Assembly (NCBI GenBank): GCA_963745835.1 | Contig: CAVUZH010000019.1 | Span: 32,001 to 96,000 of the forward strand | Source of the DNA: an uncultured delta proteobacterium | Lineage (GTDB): Bacteria; Desulfobacterota; Binatia; UBA9968 | Length of the DNA stretch: 64,000 nucleotides | Direction: 5' to 3' | Shown: positions 30,688 through 40,128 of the stretch, piece after piece | How positions within the stretch are numbered: position 1 is the stretch's first letter | Layout: the number at the start of each line of letters is the position of its first letter | The notes under the pieces: model-generated | What the model saw: only the letters and a program-made list of their open reading frames with translations | Told to the model about the DNA's origin: nothing | Database searches by the model: none | Made by a program: the position numbers and the translations under genes

Positions 30688-32459
30688 TGCGCAGCGATGC
30701 TGTTTGCGTATTTTTGTTGCGCCGCCGGCACCCACCAGTCGATGGGCTTGAGCCCGTCGGGAAAAACTTCGACGCCTTGGAAACGACGATGCACCGCCGA
30801 AACGGTTTTTCGGACGTGAAGAAACGTGTAAGGCTGTTCGTCATGCAGGATTTTTTGAAATTCTTTGTACAGCTCAATGCGCTTTTGCGGGTCGAACTCG
30901 CGGCGGTACTGCTCCAGAATTTCATCCACGCGCGGGTTTTTGTAACTAATCGCATTGGACCCTTTATTGGCCGCTTGAGAAGAGTGCCAGACCTGGTAGG
31001 CATCGGGCTCGGTCGTCGACATCGCCCAACCCAGCACGACCGCGTCAAACTGATGATTCTTGACGTCGTTGAGAAATATCGTCCAGTCCAACTGACGCAC
31101 GCTCGCCGCGATGCCATGCTTGTTGAGCTCGTCCATGAGCACCAACGCGATGCTCTCCCGTACCGTATTTCCAGCGTTGATTTTGATTTCAAAACGCAGG
31201 GGAATTCGGGTGCCGTCGATCACCTTGTCAAGCAGGCCGTCGCCATCGGTGTCTTTCCAGCCGGCTTCATTGAGCAAGGCGAGCGCTTTTGCGGGATCGA
31301 AAGGATAACTCACTAGAGTTTTGTCGTATTCCGGCCGAAAAAGATAAATATGACTGTCCACTACCTCGCCCAAACCGAAGAGCACGGTATCGACGATTTG
31401 CTTGCGATTGGTGAGATACGTCATTGCCTGGCGCACTCGTTTGTCTCGAAATATCGGATGATCGTTATTCCAACCGATATACGTGTAGGTGGGCGCATAG
31501 TACTCGTACTTTTTGAATTGACGCCGGAATCGTTCACTGCTGGTGCCGCGCACAACCTGCACCGGCTGTAAAGTCTCCATATAGTCCAAACTGCCGCTCT
31601 TGAGGCGGGTGAGCGCCGCGTCCATATTGTTGACTACGCGAAATTTAAGTTTATCGACGTGCGGCTGGTCGATTCCTTCTTTACCGTTGCCCCAGTAATC
31701 TGTGTCGCGTGTCAGCTCGGTTTCACTGCCGGTTTTCCAGTGATTGAACTTATACGGTCCCGAGCCTAGCGGATTGCGGTTGTAATTACGGTTAAACAGG
31801 TCGGCAAATTTCTTTACCTCAGCGGGTAATTTCGTCGGATCTTGCGATAGCTGCCGCACCGTGATCGAGCGCAAAAGATTCTCTCGGTCGTAGTAATGAC
31901 GCGGCATCACGATCACTCCACCCAGCACACTCTCGTTTAAAAAATAGGGTTCTCTGATGAAGAATCGGATCGTATAAGGATCGAGCAGCTGAGCATCGGT
32001 GACGGAATTGAAATAGACCCTTAGAAACGGCGCATTGACGAACGGGCACTTGATCGCCTTGACGCTAAAGAGGACATCCTCACCGGTAACCGGGCGCCCG
32101 TCCTGAAACCGCGCATCTTTCCGAATCTTGAAAGTATAGCTAAGTTTATCATCGGAAATTTCCGGTCTCGATTCCGCGATCAGCGGCTTCAACTCCAGAG
32201 TACGCGGGTCGCGGCTTAAGAGACCCTCGAAAATATAACCGTTGACTTCGCTGGAACCGGCGTCGTTGCTGGTGAGAGGATTGAGCTGTTCAGGATCGCT
32301 CAAGGAATGGATGATCAGCCAGTCGCCGTTGACCGGCGGGCCGGCGTTTTTGACATCGACTGTGGCTTGGGAACCGCCGTCGCTAATTTCGCCCTTGTCT
32401 CCGCACCCGATCAGCAGGAAACAAGATAATACGACCGCCAAGCCTCTCGTCAGAAGCAT
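30684..32459 (-). CDS. oppA: Peptide ABC substrate-binding lipoprotein (family 5)
   Basis: Lipobox LIGC, DPEQLNPL, FQDGRPVTGEDVLFS, GSGPYKF, FRDKRVRQAM. Confidence 0.92.
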   Translation of the reverse strand: MLLTRGLAVVLSCFLLIGCGDKGEISDGGSQATVDVKNAGPPVNGDWLIIHSLSDPEQLNPLTSNDAGSSEVNGYIFEGLLSRDPRTLELKPLIAESRPEISDDKLSYTFKIRKDARFQDGRPVTGEDVLFSVKAIKCPFVNAPFLRVYFNSVTDAQLLDPYTIRFFIREPYFLNESVLGGVIVMPRHYYDRENLLRSITVRQLSQDPTKLPAEVKKFADLFNRNYNRNPLGSGPYKFNHWKTGSETELTRDTDYWGNGKEGIDQPHVDKLKFRVVNNMDAALTRLKSGSLDYMETLQPVQVVRGTSSERFRRQFKKYEYYAPTYTYIGWNNDHPIFRDKRVRQAMTYLTNRKQIVDTVLFGLGEVVDSHIYLFRPEYDKTLVSYPFDPAKALALLNEAGWKDTDGDGLLDKVIDGTRIPLRFEIKINAGNTVRESIALVLMDELNKHGIAASVRQLDWTIFLNDVKNHQFDAVVLGWAMSTTEPDAYQVWHSSQAANKGSNAISYKNPRVDEILEQYRREFDPQKRIELYKEFQKILHDEQPYTFLHVRKTVSAVHRRFQGVEVFPDGLKPIDWWVPAAQQKYANSIAAQ

Positions 32460-32461
32460 CG

Positions 32462-33280
32462 CTAACCGCCCAGAGTCTCCAGCCGCAGTTCCTCAGCATG
32501 AGCCGGCTTTTCCTGTGTAAAGATTTCCGGCGGGAGCGAAGCATTGACCTCGGGCTGTTGATAGCGGATCTCAAGTTTTCGCTTCTGCAGACGTGCCTCA
32601 ATCTGGATCCTCGATGGAAATGGGCCGGTCGGCGTTGAAATATAATCCAAAAACTCGGCGCTTAACTCCACTGCGCCGGCGTCATTAAAGCGCTCCCATT
32701 TGGTCGGAACCGGGGTTTGCGCCTCGAATGTCACGGCATCTTGCTTGAGTCCGTTTGGCGAGAACACTAGAGCGGGACCCTCCTGCCGCAGCTGCGCGCC
32801 TGTGTCAACCGGCGGCAAGCCCAACAGTAACGCGGTCATTTCGGCTAGCTCGAGAGGAATTTGTGTATAGCGCAACAAATTTTCCTTGGTTCGCGGTCCG
32901 CGCACAAAGATTCCCTCGCGCGGGTGATATCCAATGATCTCTCGATCATTGACGGTAACGATCAAGACAGCGCCCAGAAAGGTCAGTGTTTCCAGCCGGA
33001 GCCGGTCCGGTCTCTGGACCAGAACTGCTTCTTGCACATTGCCCTTACCGTCCGGCCCGGCATAATCAAGCCGGGCTAAAGCGCGCAACGTGCGAAATTG
33101 TTCATGACGCTTGCTTAGGGAGTTGATCAGCTCGTCCGCTTGCCACTGTTTGGCCGGGAGCTGTGGCTTGGCTGCCGGCGGAGTAACCGTGGCACAGCCG
33201 ACAATCGTCGTGCAAACTGCTGCCAGCCACAGGAGATTCCGCACGCCACCGGATAACCCGCGCAGCCGAGACGCCGTCAA
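32462..33280 (-). CDS. LolB-like/DUF4292-like lipoprotein
   Basis: Lipobox IVGC, VLVQRPDRLRLE; lies downstream of a TPR lipoprotein as in TPR-lolB loci. Confidence 0.65.
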   Translation of the reverse strand: MTASRLRGLSGGVRNLLWLAAVCTTIVGCATVTPPAAKPQLPAKQWQADELINSLSKRHEQFRTLRALARLDYAGPDGKGNVQEAVLVQRPDRLRLETLTFLGAVLIVTVNDREIIGYHPREGIFVRGPRTKENLLRYTQIPLELAEMTALLLGLPPVDTGAQLRQEGPALVFSPNGLKQDAVTFEAQTPVPTKWERFNDAGAVELSAEFLDYISTPTGPFPSRIQIEARLQKRKLEIRYQQPEVNASLPPEIFTQEKPAHAEELRLETLGG

Positions 33281-35046
33281 ATTTTCTTCTCCAGGCGTTC
33301 GATCTTTTCACGGATTCGTTTGATTTGATCGTCCTCTTTGGATTTTTCGATCGCCTCCCGATAGCTCACCAAGGCACGATCGGATTTTCCAACTTTTACA
33401 TAAGCATCGCCGAGATGCTCGATTATGGTCGGATCCTCGACCGTGATAGCCACGGCGCGCTCTAACTGTTCGACCGCACTGGTGTAGTCACCCTTCTGAA
33501 AATATACCCAGCCAAGACTGTCGATATAAAAGCCGTCGTTAGGCTCAATTTGCAGCGCTCGCTGTATCAACTGTTCCGCTTCATCGAGCCGCACGCCCAT
33601 CTCCGCCCAGGTATAGCCGAGATAGTTAAGCGCCGCGGCGTTCTTCGGATTGAGCTCGATGGCCCGTGTCATGTTGGCGACGCTTTGCTCTTTGTTCTTG
33701 GCTTCATCGTGCAGCGCTCCCAATTGGAAATAGGCCTGATCACTCTTCGGATCCAGGACGATTACGCGCTCCATTGCCTCAATGGCTTTAGGGAAATCCT
33801 TGGCCTTCCGGTACAAGCTCGAAAGAAACGCATAGACTTCTTTGCGGTCGCTTTTCTTGCGCAGCACCGATTGAACCGAATCGATGGCTTTTTGTAACTG
33901 TTCGGTGCGCTCATAGAGATAGGCCATCTGCAAACGACTGTCTAAATACAAGTCGCTCTTCTCGGTAATTCTTGAAAACTCGGCCAGCGCCTTTTCATCG
34001 GCCTTTAATTCTACGTAGGTGGCGCCGAGATAGTACCGCGCCCGGTCGTTCTCAGGATCACCGGCCAAAACCAGATTGAATTCGGTAGCGGCCCGTTCGA
34101 AGTCGCCCTTCTCATAGAAAATGAGTCCGATTTTGATCCGCGTTTCGCGCGGATCCGCTTCGTTGCTTTTCAAATTTTCGAACTGCGCCAGAGCATCGTC
34201 CAATTTGTTTTGGCCGACATAGAGCTCGCCCAGCCGTTTTCGCGCCCAAACATTCTGCGCATTCAGTCCGAGGAGTTTTTGGTAGGTCTGAATGGCGTCT
34301 TCGGTCTTGCCCTGCAGTTCATAGACTAGCGCCAAATCCATCAGCACCGCTTCAGACTTGGGATTCAACTCCAAGGCTCTGCGGTAGCTCTGCTCAGCCG
34401 CTAGATAAAGCTTGGTCTTGGCGCGCACACGCCCGAGATAATAGTGACCCAGCACCGAATCGCTGTCGAGTTTCAGCAGATTATCGAGCATTTCGGTTGC
34501 TCGAGAGGTGTCGTCGTTTTGTAAGTAGAGCGCGCCTAAGTACAGCAGAGCCTCCTGGTTCTTCGGATCGAGTTTGAGAACCTCGTGGTATTCGGCGATG
34601 CCCTTCTGATTTTCCCCCAGGGATGAATAGAGCCCGGCCAGTAGCAAACGGTTTTCCAGGCTATTGGGATCCATCCGTCTTGCAGCCTCAGCTTCCACCA
34701 GCCCTCGTTTAAGATCGCCTTTCCTGACGTAAAGAGTGGCTAAGCGAAAGCGCAGGAACGCATCTTCGGGGTTGACCTCCGCAGCGCTCTCGAATTCCGC
34801 GAGAGCTTCATCAAATCTGCCATCGCCAAGCAGAAGGTTGCCCTTCATGAAATGCGAAAGACCTTTGGATTCAGCCGGGATCTCGACTCGTTGGTGCTGC
34901 ACGAAAGGGGCTTCAGAAGTTCCGAACAGCCCGTTGGCGGGAGCTTTGATCACGGGACTGCGGAAGGCGCAACCGGACAAGATCAAAATTCCGACAACGC
35001 TCCCGTAAAACCGTGTTCTCATCATCGACTTGGTTAACATACTCAC
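33277..35046 (-). CDS. Tetratricopeptide repeat lipoprotein
   Basis: LSGC lipobox; many TPRs; ALNYLGYTWAE, YIDSLGWVYF, IIEHLGDAY. Confidence 0.92.
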   Translation of the reverse strand: MSMLTKSMMRTRFYGSVVGILILSGCAFRSPVIKAPANGLFGTSEAPFVQHQRVEIPAESKGLSHFMKGNLLLGDGRFDEALAEFESAAEVNPEDAFLRFRLATLYVRKGDLKRGLVEAEAARRMDPNSLENRLLLAGLYSSLGENQKGIAEYHEVLKLDPKNQEALLYLGALYLQNDDTSRATEMLDNLLKLDSDSVLGHYYLGRVRAKTKLYLAAEQSYRRALELNPKSEAVLMDLALVYELQGKTEDAIQTYQKLLGLNAQNVWARKRLGELYVGQNKLDDALAQFENLKSNEADPRETRIKIGLIFYEKGDFERAATEFNLVLAGDPENDRARYYLGATYVELKADEKALAEFSRITEKSDLYLDSRLQMAYLYERTEQLQKAIDSVQSVLRKKSDRKEVYAFLSSLYRKAKDFPKAIEAMERVIVLDPKSDQAYFQLGALHDEAKNKEQSVANMTRAIELNPKNAAALNYLGYTWAEMGVRLDEAEQLIQRALQIEPNDGFYIDSLGWVYFQKGDYTSAVEQLERAVAITVEDPTIIEHLGDAYVKVGKSDRALVSYREAIEKSKEDDQIKRIREKIERLEKKI

Positions 35047-35146
35047 CAGAGTCGGTCAATGAACGACGCTCCAGCAAGCTTCATTCAGCGCGCCAACTAT
35101 GCTAATTCTGATTAATTCAGCGAGTGAAGTTTAATTAGTTGATTCT

Positions 35147-37162
35147 ATGGCAAAAAATCTTGAAAGTGCGGCCGAGAACGAGATTATCGCGCTGCGCCAA
35201 CAGCTTGAGAAGCACAACTATCACTACCATGTGCTCGACAATCCGTTGATCAGTGATGCCGAGTACGACCGGCTATTCCACCGCCTGATCGAACTCGAAG
35301 CGGCTCATCCACAATTTGCTGCGCCGAATTCACCAACTCAAAAAATCGGCGCGCCGCCTTTGGACAAGTTCAGGACGGTCCGGCATAGCTTGCCGATGTT
35401 GTCGCTCAGCAATGCCAACGATCAAAAAGATCTCACAGAGTTCGAAGAACGAATAGCCAGGTTTCTAAGGTCAACGGAACCGATCGAATACTTGGTCGAG
35501 CCCAAAATCGACGGTGTTGCCGTGGAGCTGGTCTATGTTGACGGCCGGTTCACTGTTGGCTCAACTCGCGGCGATGGCATCAACGGCGAGGATATCACGC
35601 TCAATCTCAAAACCATCCGCTCGATCCCGCTGGTGTTGCGCGGCGGAACCGGCCCCGCGCCAGAGCGGCTTGAAGTCCGCGGCGAGGTTTTCCTTTCGCG
35701 CGCGGCCTTCCAGAGAATGAATCGTGAACGCGAGGAAGCGGGACAACCGGTCTTCGCCAATCCGCGTAATGCCGCCGCCGGCTCGTTGAAGCAACTCGAT
35801 TCGACATTGACCGCGAAGAGGCCTCTGGATGTCTTTTTTCATGGGACGGGGGTCGTCGCCGGAACCAGCTTGGCGAGTCACAGTGAGTTTCGCGCGGCGA
35901 TTCAGGAGTGGGGCTTAAAGCCGGTGCCGTTTGCGCGTCTCTGCCGCGGCATTGACGATATTCTGAAATTTCGCGACGACATGGAGAGCCGGCGTGATGA
36001 ACTTCCGTACGAGATCGACGGCTTGGTAGTCAAAGTCAATCTTCAAGAGCTGCAACGCCGGCTCGGCGAAATCGCTCGCTCGCCGCGCTGGGCGATTGCC
36101 TATAAATTCAAACCGCGCCAGGCGACAACCCGCATCCTCGACATCCAACCCCAGGTCGGCCGCACCGGCACGTTGACTCCGGTCGCCAGCCTGGAACCCG
36201 TCGCCATCGGTGGCGTCATGGTGAAAAGCGCATCTTTGCACAACATGGATGAAATTAACCGCAAAGACATTCGCATCGGCGACACCGTGTTGGTCGAGCG
36301 CGCCGGCGACGTCATTCCTTACGTGGTGAAAGTGATCACCGAGAAAAGAACCGGGCAAGAGAAACATTTTTGCATGCCCGAGCACTGTCCGGTATGCGGC
36401 GCGGCAGTTTACCGCGAGGAAGGCGAGGCGGCTTACCGCTGCATCGGTATTTCGTGTCCGGCGCAGCTCAAGGAAAGTGTAAAATTTTTCGGTTCGCGCA
36501 ACGCTATGGATATCGAGGGACTTGGTGACAAGCTAATCGATCAACTGGTCGAACGGGGCGCGGTCAAAGATCTCGGCGATCTTTATAGCCTGACAGAAGA
36601 GCAATTGGCGAGCATGGATCGCATGGCGAAAAAATCGGCGCAAAACCTGCTCGCTGCTTTGCAACGCAGCAAGGATTCGACTCTCACTCGTTTTTTGACC
36701 GCTCTGGGCATTCGGCACGTTGGCGAAGCCACCGCGAAACTCTTGACCGAGCACTTCGGCGACCTGAATACGATTATGAATGCAGGGGAGGAGAAATTGA
36801 TGGAGGTGCGCGAGATCGGCCCGGAGGTAGCCAAAAGTATCGCGCGGTTTTTCTCCCAAGACGAAAACCGTCAAGTGATCGTTAAACTTTTAGAGGCCGG
36901 CATTCGCTTCAAGGCGGAGAGTATCAAACGAGGCGCTCTTTCCGGTTCGACGTTCGTCCTCACCGGTGGTCTCGAGACCATGTCGAGGGTGGAAGCGCAG
37001 CGCCGTATCGAAGCCCTGGGCGGCAGGGTGAGCAGCGCCGTCAGCCGCAATAGCAACTATGTTGTCGCTGGTTCGGAGCCGGGCTCCAAACTCAAGAAGG
37101 CTCGAGAGCTCGGCGTCCGAATCATCGATGAGCAAGAGCTGCTAAAGCTCCTGATAACCTGA
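35147..37162 (+). CDS. ligA: NAD-dependent DNA ligase
   Basis: [42 protein letters not shown] zinc finger, BRCT. Confidence 0.99.
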   Translation: MAKNLESAAENEIIALRQQLEKHNYHYHVLDNPLISDAEYDRLFHRLIELEAAHPQFAAPNSPTQKIGAPPLDKFRTVRHSLPMLSLSNANDQKDLTEFEERIARFLRSTEPIEYLVEPKIDGVAVELVYVDGRFTVGSTRGDGINGEDITLNLKTIRSIPLVLRGGTGPAPERLEVRGEVFLSRAAFQRMNREREEAGQPVFANPRNAAAGSLKQLDSTLTAKRPLDVFFHGTGVVAGTSLASHSEFRAAIQEWGLKPVPFARLCRGIDDILKFRDDMESRRDELPYEIDGLVVKVNLQELQRRLGEIARSPRWAIAYKFKPRQATTRILDIQPQVGRTGTLTPVASLEPVAIGGVMVKSASLHNMDEINRKDIRIGDTVLVERAGDVIPYVVKVITEKRTGQEKHFCMPEHCPVCGAAVYREEGEAAYRCIGISCPAQLKESVKFFGSRNAMDIEGLGDKLIDQLVERGAVKDLGDLYSLTEEQLASMDRMAKKSAQNLLAALQRSKDSTLTRFLTALGIRHVGEATAKLLTEHFGDLNTIMNAGEEKLMEVREIGPEVAKSIARFFSQDENRQVIVKLLEAGIRFKAESIKRGALSGSTFVLTGGLETMSRVEAQRRIEALGGRVSSAVSRNSNYVVAGSEPGSKLKKARELGVRIIDEQELLKLLIT

Positions 37163-37474
37163 TTAGTAACGATCCCGACGGGGTCTGCCGGCACCTCCGC
37201 CGCCACCGAACCCAGACTCTCGCGGCGCCTGCGGACGAGCCTCGCTGACGACCACGTTACGTCCTTCGAAATCGGTTCCGTTCAGAGCGTTAATGGCGCG
37301 CTCGGCTTCAGCATCGGAACTCATCTCGACAAAGCCAAACCCTTTGGAACGGCCCGTGAACTTATCGGTAACGATACGAGCGCTGATCACCGAGCCGTGC
37401 TGCGCAAAATGCTGCTGCAATCTCTCTTCGGTCACCGAATACGGCAGGTTGCCGACATACAATTTGGCTCCCAT
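37163..37474 (-). CDS. RRM RNA-binding protein
   Basis: RNP2 LYVGNL, RNP1 KGFGFVEM, Gly/Arg-rich tail; RBS AGGAGG. Confidence 0.96.
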   Translation of the reverse strand: MGAKLYVGNLPYSVTEERLQQHFAQHGSVISARIVTDKFTGRSKGFGFVEMSSDAEAERAINALNGTDFEGRNVVVSEARPQAPRESGFGGGGGAGRPRRDRY

Positions 37475-37700
37475 CAGACCCTCCTTTTTGATTCACGAGT
37501 GCGCATTTGCGCGGATCGAGTCGCCAAAGGGCAGGGCCTAAATCGGTCTGGAGGACCACGGCACGGGCTCTTCGGTAAACCCTTAGAACCGGCGAAAGCC
37601 TATCGAAACTGCGGGGCGGTTGTCAAATAATTTTGCGGCCGTAATCGCTGAGTCAAACGGCTTGCGCCAGAACGGTGGCTGCGTTAGAAAACCGGCAGCA

Positions 37701-37988
37701 ATGCCAACCATTCCGTCCCATGCGCGTATTCGGTTGATTGTGAAAGGTCGAGTGCAGGGTGTCTATTTTCGTGCCTCCACAGCGCAACAGGCGCGGCACT
37801 TGAGCCTGACCGGCTGGGTCATGAATCGCCACGATGGTTCAGTGGAGCTGGTGGCCGAAGGGCGATCGGAAAGCATCGAAGAACTCATCGCCTGGTGCCG
37901 CCAGGGACCGCCAGGAGCTCGAGTCGATGAAGTGGATTTGCAGCGGCACGGCTTTCGAGGAGAGTTTAATGAATTTCGAATAAGATAA
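37701..37988 (+). CDS. acyP: Acylphosphatase
   Basis: VKGRVQGVYFR, LTGWVMNRHDGSVE, GPPGARV. Confidence 0.95.
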   Translation: MPTIPSHARIRLIVKGRVQGVYFRASTAQQARHLSLTGWVMNRHDGSVELVAEGRSESIEELIAWCRQGPPGARVDEVDLQRHGFRGEFNEFRIR

Positions 37989-38021
37989 CCGACCAGCAGC
38001 TCTCACGAAGCTCGTCGTAAA

Positions 38022-38050
38022 CAACAAGGGGGCACAAAGCCCCCTTGTTG
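38022..38050 (-). terminator. Intrinsic terminator between convergent acyP and the micro-peptide gene
   Basis: Perfect 12-bp stem CAACAAGGGGGC-N5-GCCCCCTTGTTG, continuing into TTT on the minus strand. Confidence 0.8.
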
Positions 38051-38074
38051 CAAGCTGAGATCAACTTCTGCGGA

Positions 38075-38197
38075 TCAGTCCCCTTCGGGCTTCTTGGGTT
38101 TGGGATCTTCGTCTTGGGCGCTCACGGGCGTGGCCAGATCGACGATCGAACTCACGACGGTCACTCCCAACAACAATGCAAAAAGCAATTTTTTCAT
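38075..38197 (-). CDS. 40-aa secreted micro-peptide precursor
   Basis: MKKLLFALLLGVTVVSSIVDLATPVSA|QDEDPKPKKPEGD; RBS AAAGGAGG; sigma54 promoter upstream and terminator downstream. Confidence 0.8.
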   Translation of the reverse strand: MKKLLFALLLGVTVVSSIVDLATPVSAQDEDPKPKKPEGD

Positions 38198-38274
38198 GTC
38201 AGCTCCTCCTTTCTAAATTTTCGAATCTAAAAGTTTGCGGAGTCCCGAATAGGCGATTGGTATTCGGCAGTAGA

Positions 38275-38290
38275 CGCAAGCGACGTGCCC
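38275..38290 (-). promoter_or_regulatory. Sigma54 -24/-12 promoter for the micro-peptide gene
   Basis: GGGCACGTCGCTTGCG versus consensus TGGCACG-N4-TTGC. Confidence 0.75.
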
Positions 38291-38363
38291 GCGAACCTCG
38301 GCTGATGTTCTTGGAATAAACGCGAATGTTCAGTGGCTTTGCGCCGGGCTCGGCAATTCTTTC

Positions 38364-38380
38364 CGTTGTAATATGCAACG
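38364..38380. promoter_or_regulatory. Putative enhancer-binding-protein site (palindrome 1)
   Basis: CGTTGTA-ATA-TGCAACG, a 17-bp imperfect palindrome about 75 bp upstream of the minus-strand -24 box. Confidence 0.55.
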
Positions 38381-38464
38381 CGCTAAGAGCCTGTGCGCCC
38401 CTGGAATAGTCTCAATTGCCTGAATAACCGCGAGAAATTTCAATGATTGTGAAAAACCACACGC

Positions 38465-38481
38465 TGTCGTAAGTTGCCACA
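38465..38481. promoter_or_regulatory. Putative enhancer-binding-protein site (palindrome 2)
   Basis: TGTCGTA-AGT-TGCCACA, a related 17-mer about 75 bp upstream of the plus-strand -24 box. Confidence 0.5.
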
Positions 38482-38553
38482 GAGTTCGTCGATATTTTTA
38501 TGCGAATATGCCGAGACTTTGATTTTTAACGCTATTGCGATTAGCGATGAACG

Positions 38554-38569
38554 CGGTATAGGCCTTGCT
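38554..38569 (+). promoter_or_regulatory. Sigma54 -24/-12 promoter for the two-component operon
   Basis: CGGTATAGGCCTTGCT (GG-N10-GC with TTGC). Confidence 0.6.
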
Positions 38570-38595
38570 CCTTCGATGACTGCAAAACTGCGCAC

Positions 38596-40128
38596 ATGAA
38601 ACTGGGAACCAAATTGATCGTCTCATTGGTCGTAATCATCATGGTGACGATGACTGTTCATGGCTACCTGAGTATTCAGCAGGATCGAGAAAACGCTATG
38701 AGAGAAATGCGGGTCGGCATGCGCGGTTTCTCCCGAGCCATTCACGCTGTTCTCCGGGATCTGTATGCCGATGGTCACAACCTTAATGCGACTCAGGAAT
38801 TCGCCAATACGGTAGGACCACGAGGAAACATCCACGGCCTGATTGTCTATAACGCGGATGCCGAGCGCGTAGCGGTCTCATCCTCGCTTAGGTATCCTGA
38901 CGATTTTGCCGAACTGCACCCTGCTGCCATTCTGGAACTGGATCCGCGACCAGCTCTCAGGGAACCCAACGGGGTAGAGGGTTATGTGCGCGAAAGTGGC
39001 ATTTTGGTCTACTACCGTATCGAGCCGTTTAGCGCGAGTGATGGCCAGATTGCCGGCGCCTTTGTCTTAGCGCGTCAAGGATCTCAGTTGATCAGCAACA
39101 TCGAAGCGCGACGTCAGCGAATCATCGGAACCAGCGCCGCACTGGTCATTCTTTTGTCTGTTCTCATTCTGATCATCGTACGCCGCAATATCACCCTGCC
39201 CATCAATCAGCTGGTGCAACGCGTTCGGGAGATCGGCCGCGGTCGTTGGGAGCAGCGCATCGAAATCAAAGGTCGGGACGAAATTGCCGCGCTGGCTGGA
39301 GAGTTCAACACCATGTCGGAAGAACTCAATCGGAGTTATTCCAAATTCTTGGAAGAGCAGCAACAAAAGCTAAAGCTAGAAAGAGATCTGCGCCACTCTG
39401 AACGCTTGGCATCCGTAGGCCACTTGGCCGCGGGTCTTGCCCATGAGATCGGCACGCCATTGAGCATCGTTCGCGGCAGAGCTGAATACCTGTTGCGCCG
39501 GCCGCGCAGCAGCGAAGAACTCGCCGGCAACCTCGAGGTGATCCGCTCGCAAAGCGACCGCATCACCGCCATCGTGCGTCAACTGCTGGAGTTTTCCCGC
39601 CGTCGGGAACCGATGTTTCGATCGGTCGACCTATCGGAGTTGATCAACCATGTGCGTTATCTTCTGGAACACCAACTATTCGACAAGAGCCTTAAGGTTG
39701 AGATCCATGTCGCGCCGAAGCCGTTGCTCATTCAAGCCGATCCGGATCTGCTCCAACAAGTGTTCATCAATTTGTTCGCCAATTCTCTCCACGCGCTTGG
39801 CCCCGAGGGAGCGATCAAAGTTCGCGCCTCATCCGCGCCCTCTATGAACGGACAAGGCGGCGTTCGAATTGTCTTTGAAGATAACGGGATCGGTATCGCG
39901 CCCGAAATCATTGATCATGTGTTCGATCCTTTTTTTACTACCAAGGATGTCGGCGAAGGAGCCGGACTCGGGCTGGCGGTAACCTACGGCATCATTAAAG
40001 AGCATGGCGGCGAGATTACCGTAGAAAGCGAACCTGGAAAGTTTACTCGCTTCCTCATCCATCTGCCTCAAGGACGACAGAAAGCAGCGCTGATTCAGGG
40101 CAATCTGGAAAATGGCACCCGACTCTAA
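38596..40128 (+). CDS. Sensor histidine kinase (2 TM, periplasmic domain, HAMP, HisKA, HATPase)
   Basis: RDEIAALAGEFNTM, LAAGLAHEIGTPL, QVFINLFANS, DNGIG, FDPFFTTK, GAGLGL. Confidence 0.96.
   Translation: MKLGTKLIVSLVVIIMVTMTVHGYLSIQQDRENAMREMRVGMRGFSRAIHAVLRDLYADGHNLNATQEFANTVGPRGNIHGLIVYNADAERVAVSSSLRYPDDFAELHPAAILELDPRPALREPNGVEGYVRESGILVYYRIEPFSASDGQIAGAFVLARQGSQLISNIEARRQRIIGTSAALVILLSVLILIIVRRNITLPINQLVQRVREIGRGRWEQRIEIKGRDEIAALAGEFNTMSEELNRSYSKFLEEQQQKLKLERDLRHSERLASVGHLAAGLAHEIGTPLSIVRGRAEYLLRRPRSSEELAGNLEVIRSQSDRITAIVRQLLEFSRRREPMFRSVDLSELINHVRYLLEHQLFDKSLKVEIHVAPKPLLIQADPDLLQQVFINLFANSLHALGPEGAIKVRASSAPSMNGQGGVRIVFEDNGIGIAPEIIDHVFDPFFTTKDVGEGAGLGLAVTYGIIKEHGGEITVESEPGKFTRFLIHLPQGRQKAALIQGNLENGTRL

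Noticed and set aside
38045-38230. 61-aa plus-strand ORF
   Set aside because: Antisense shadow of the micro-peptide, which has the RBS, promoter and terminator
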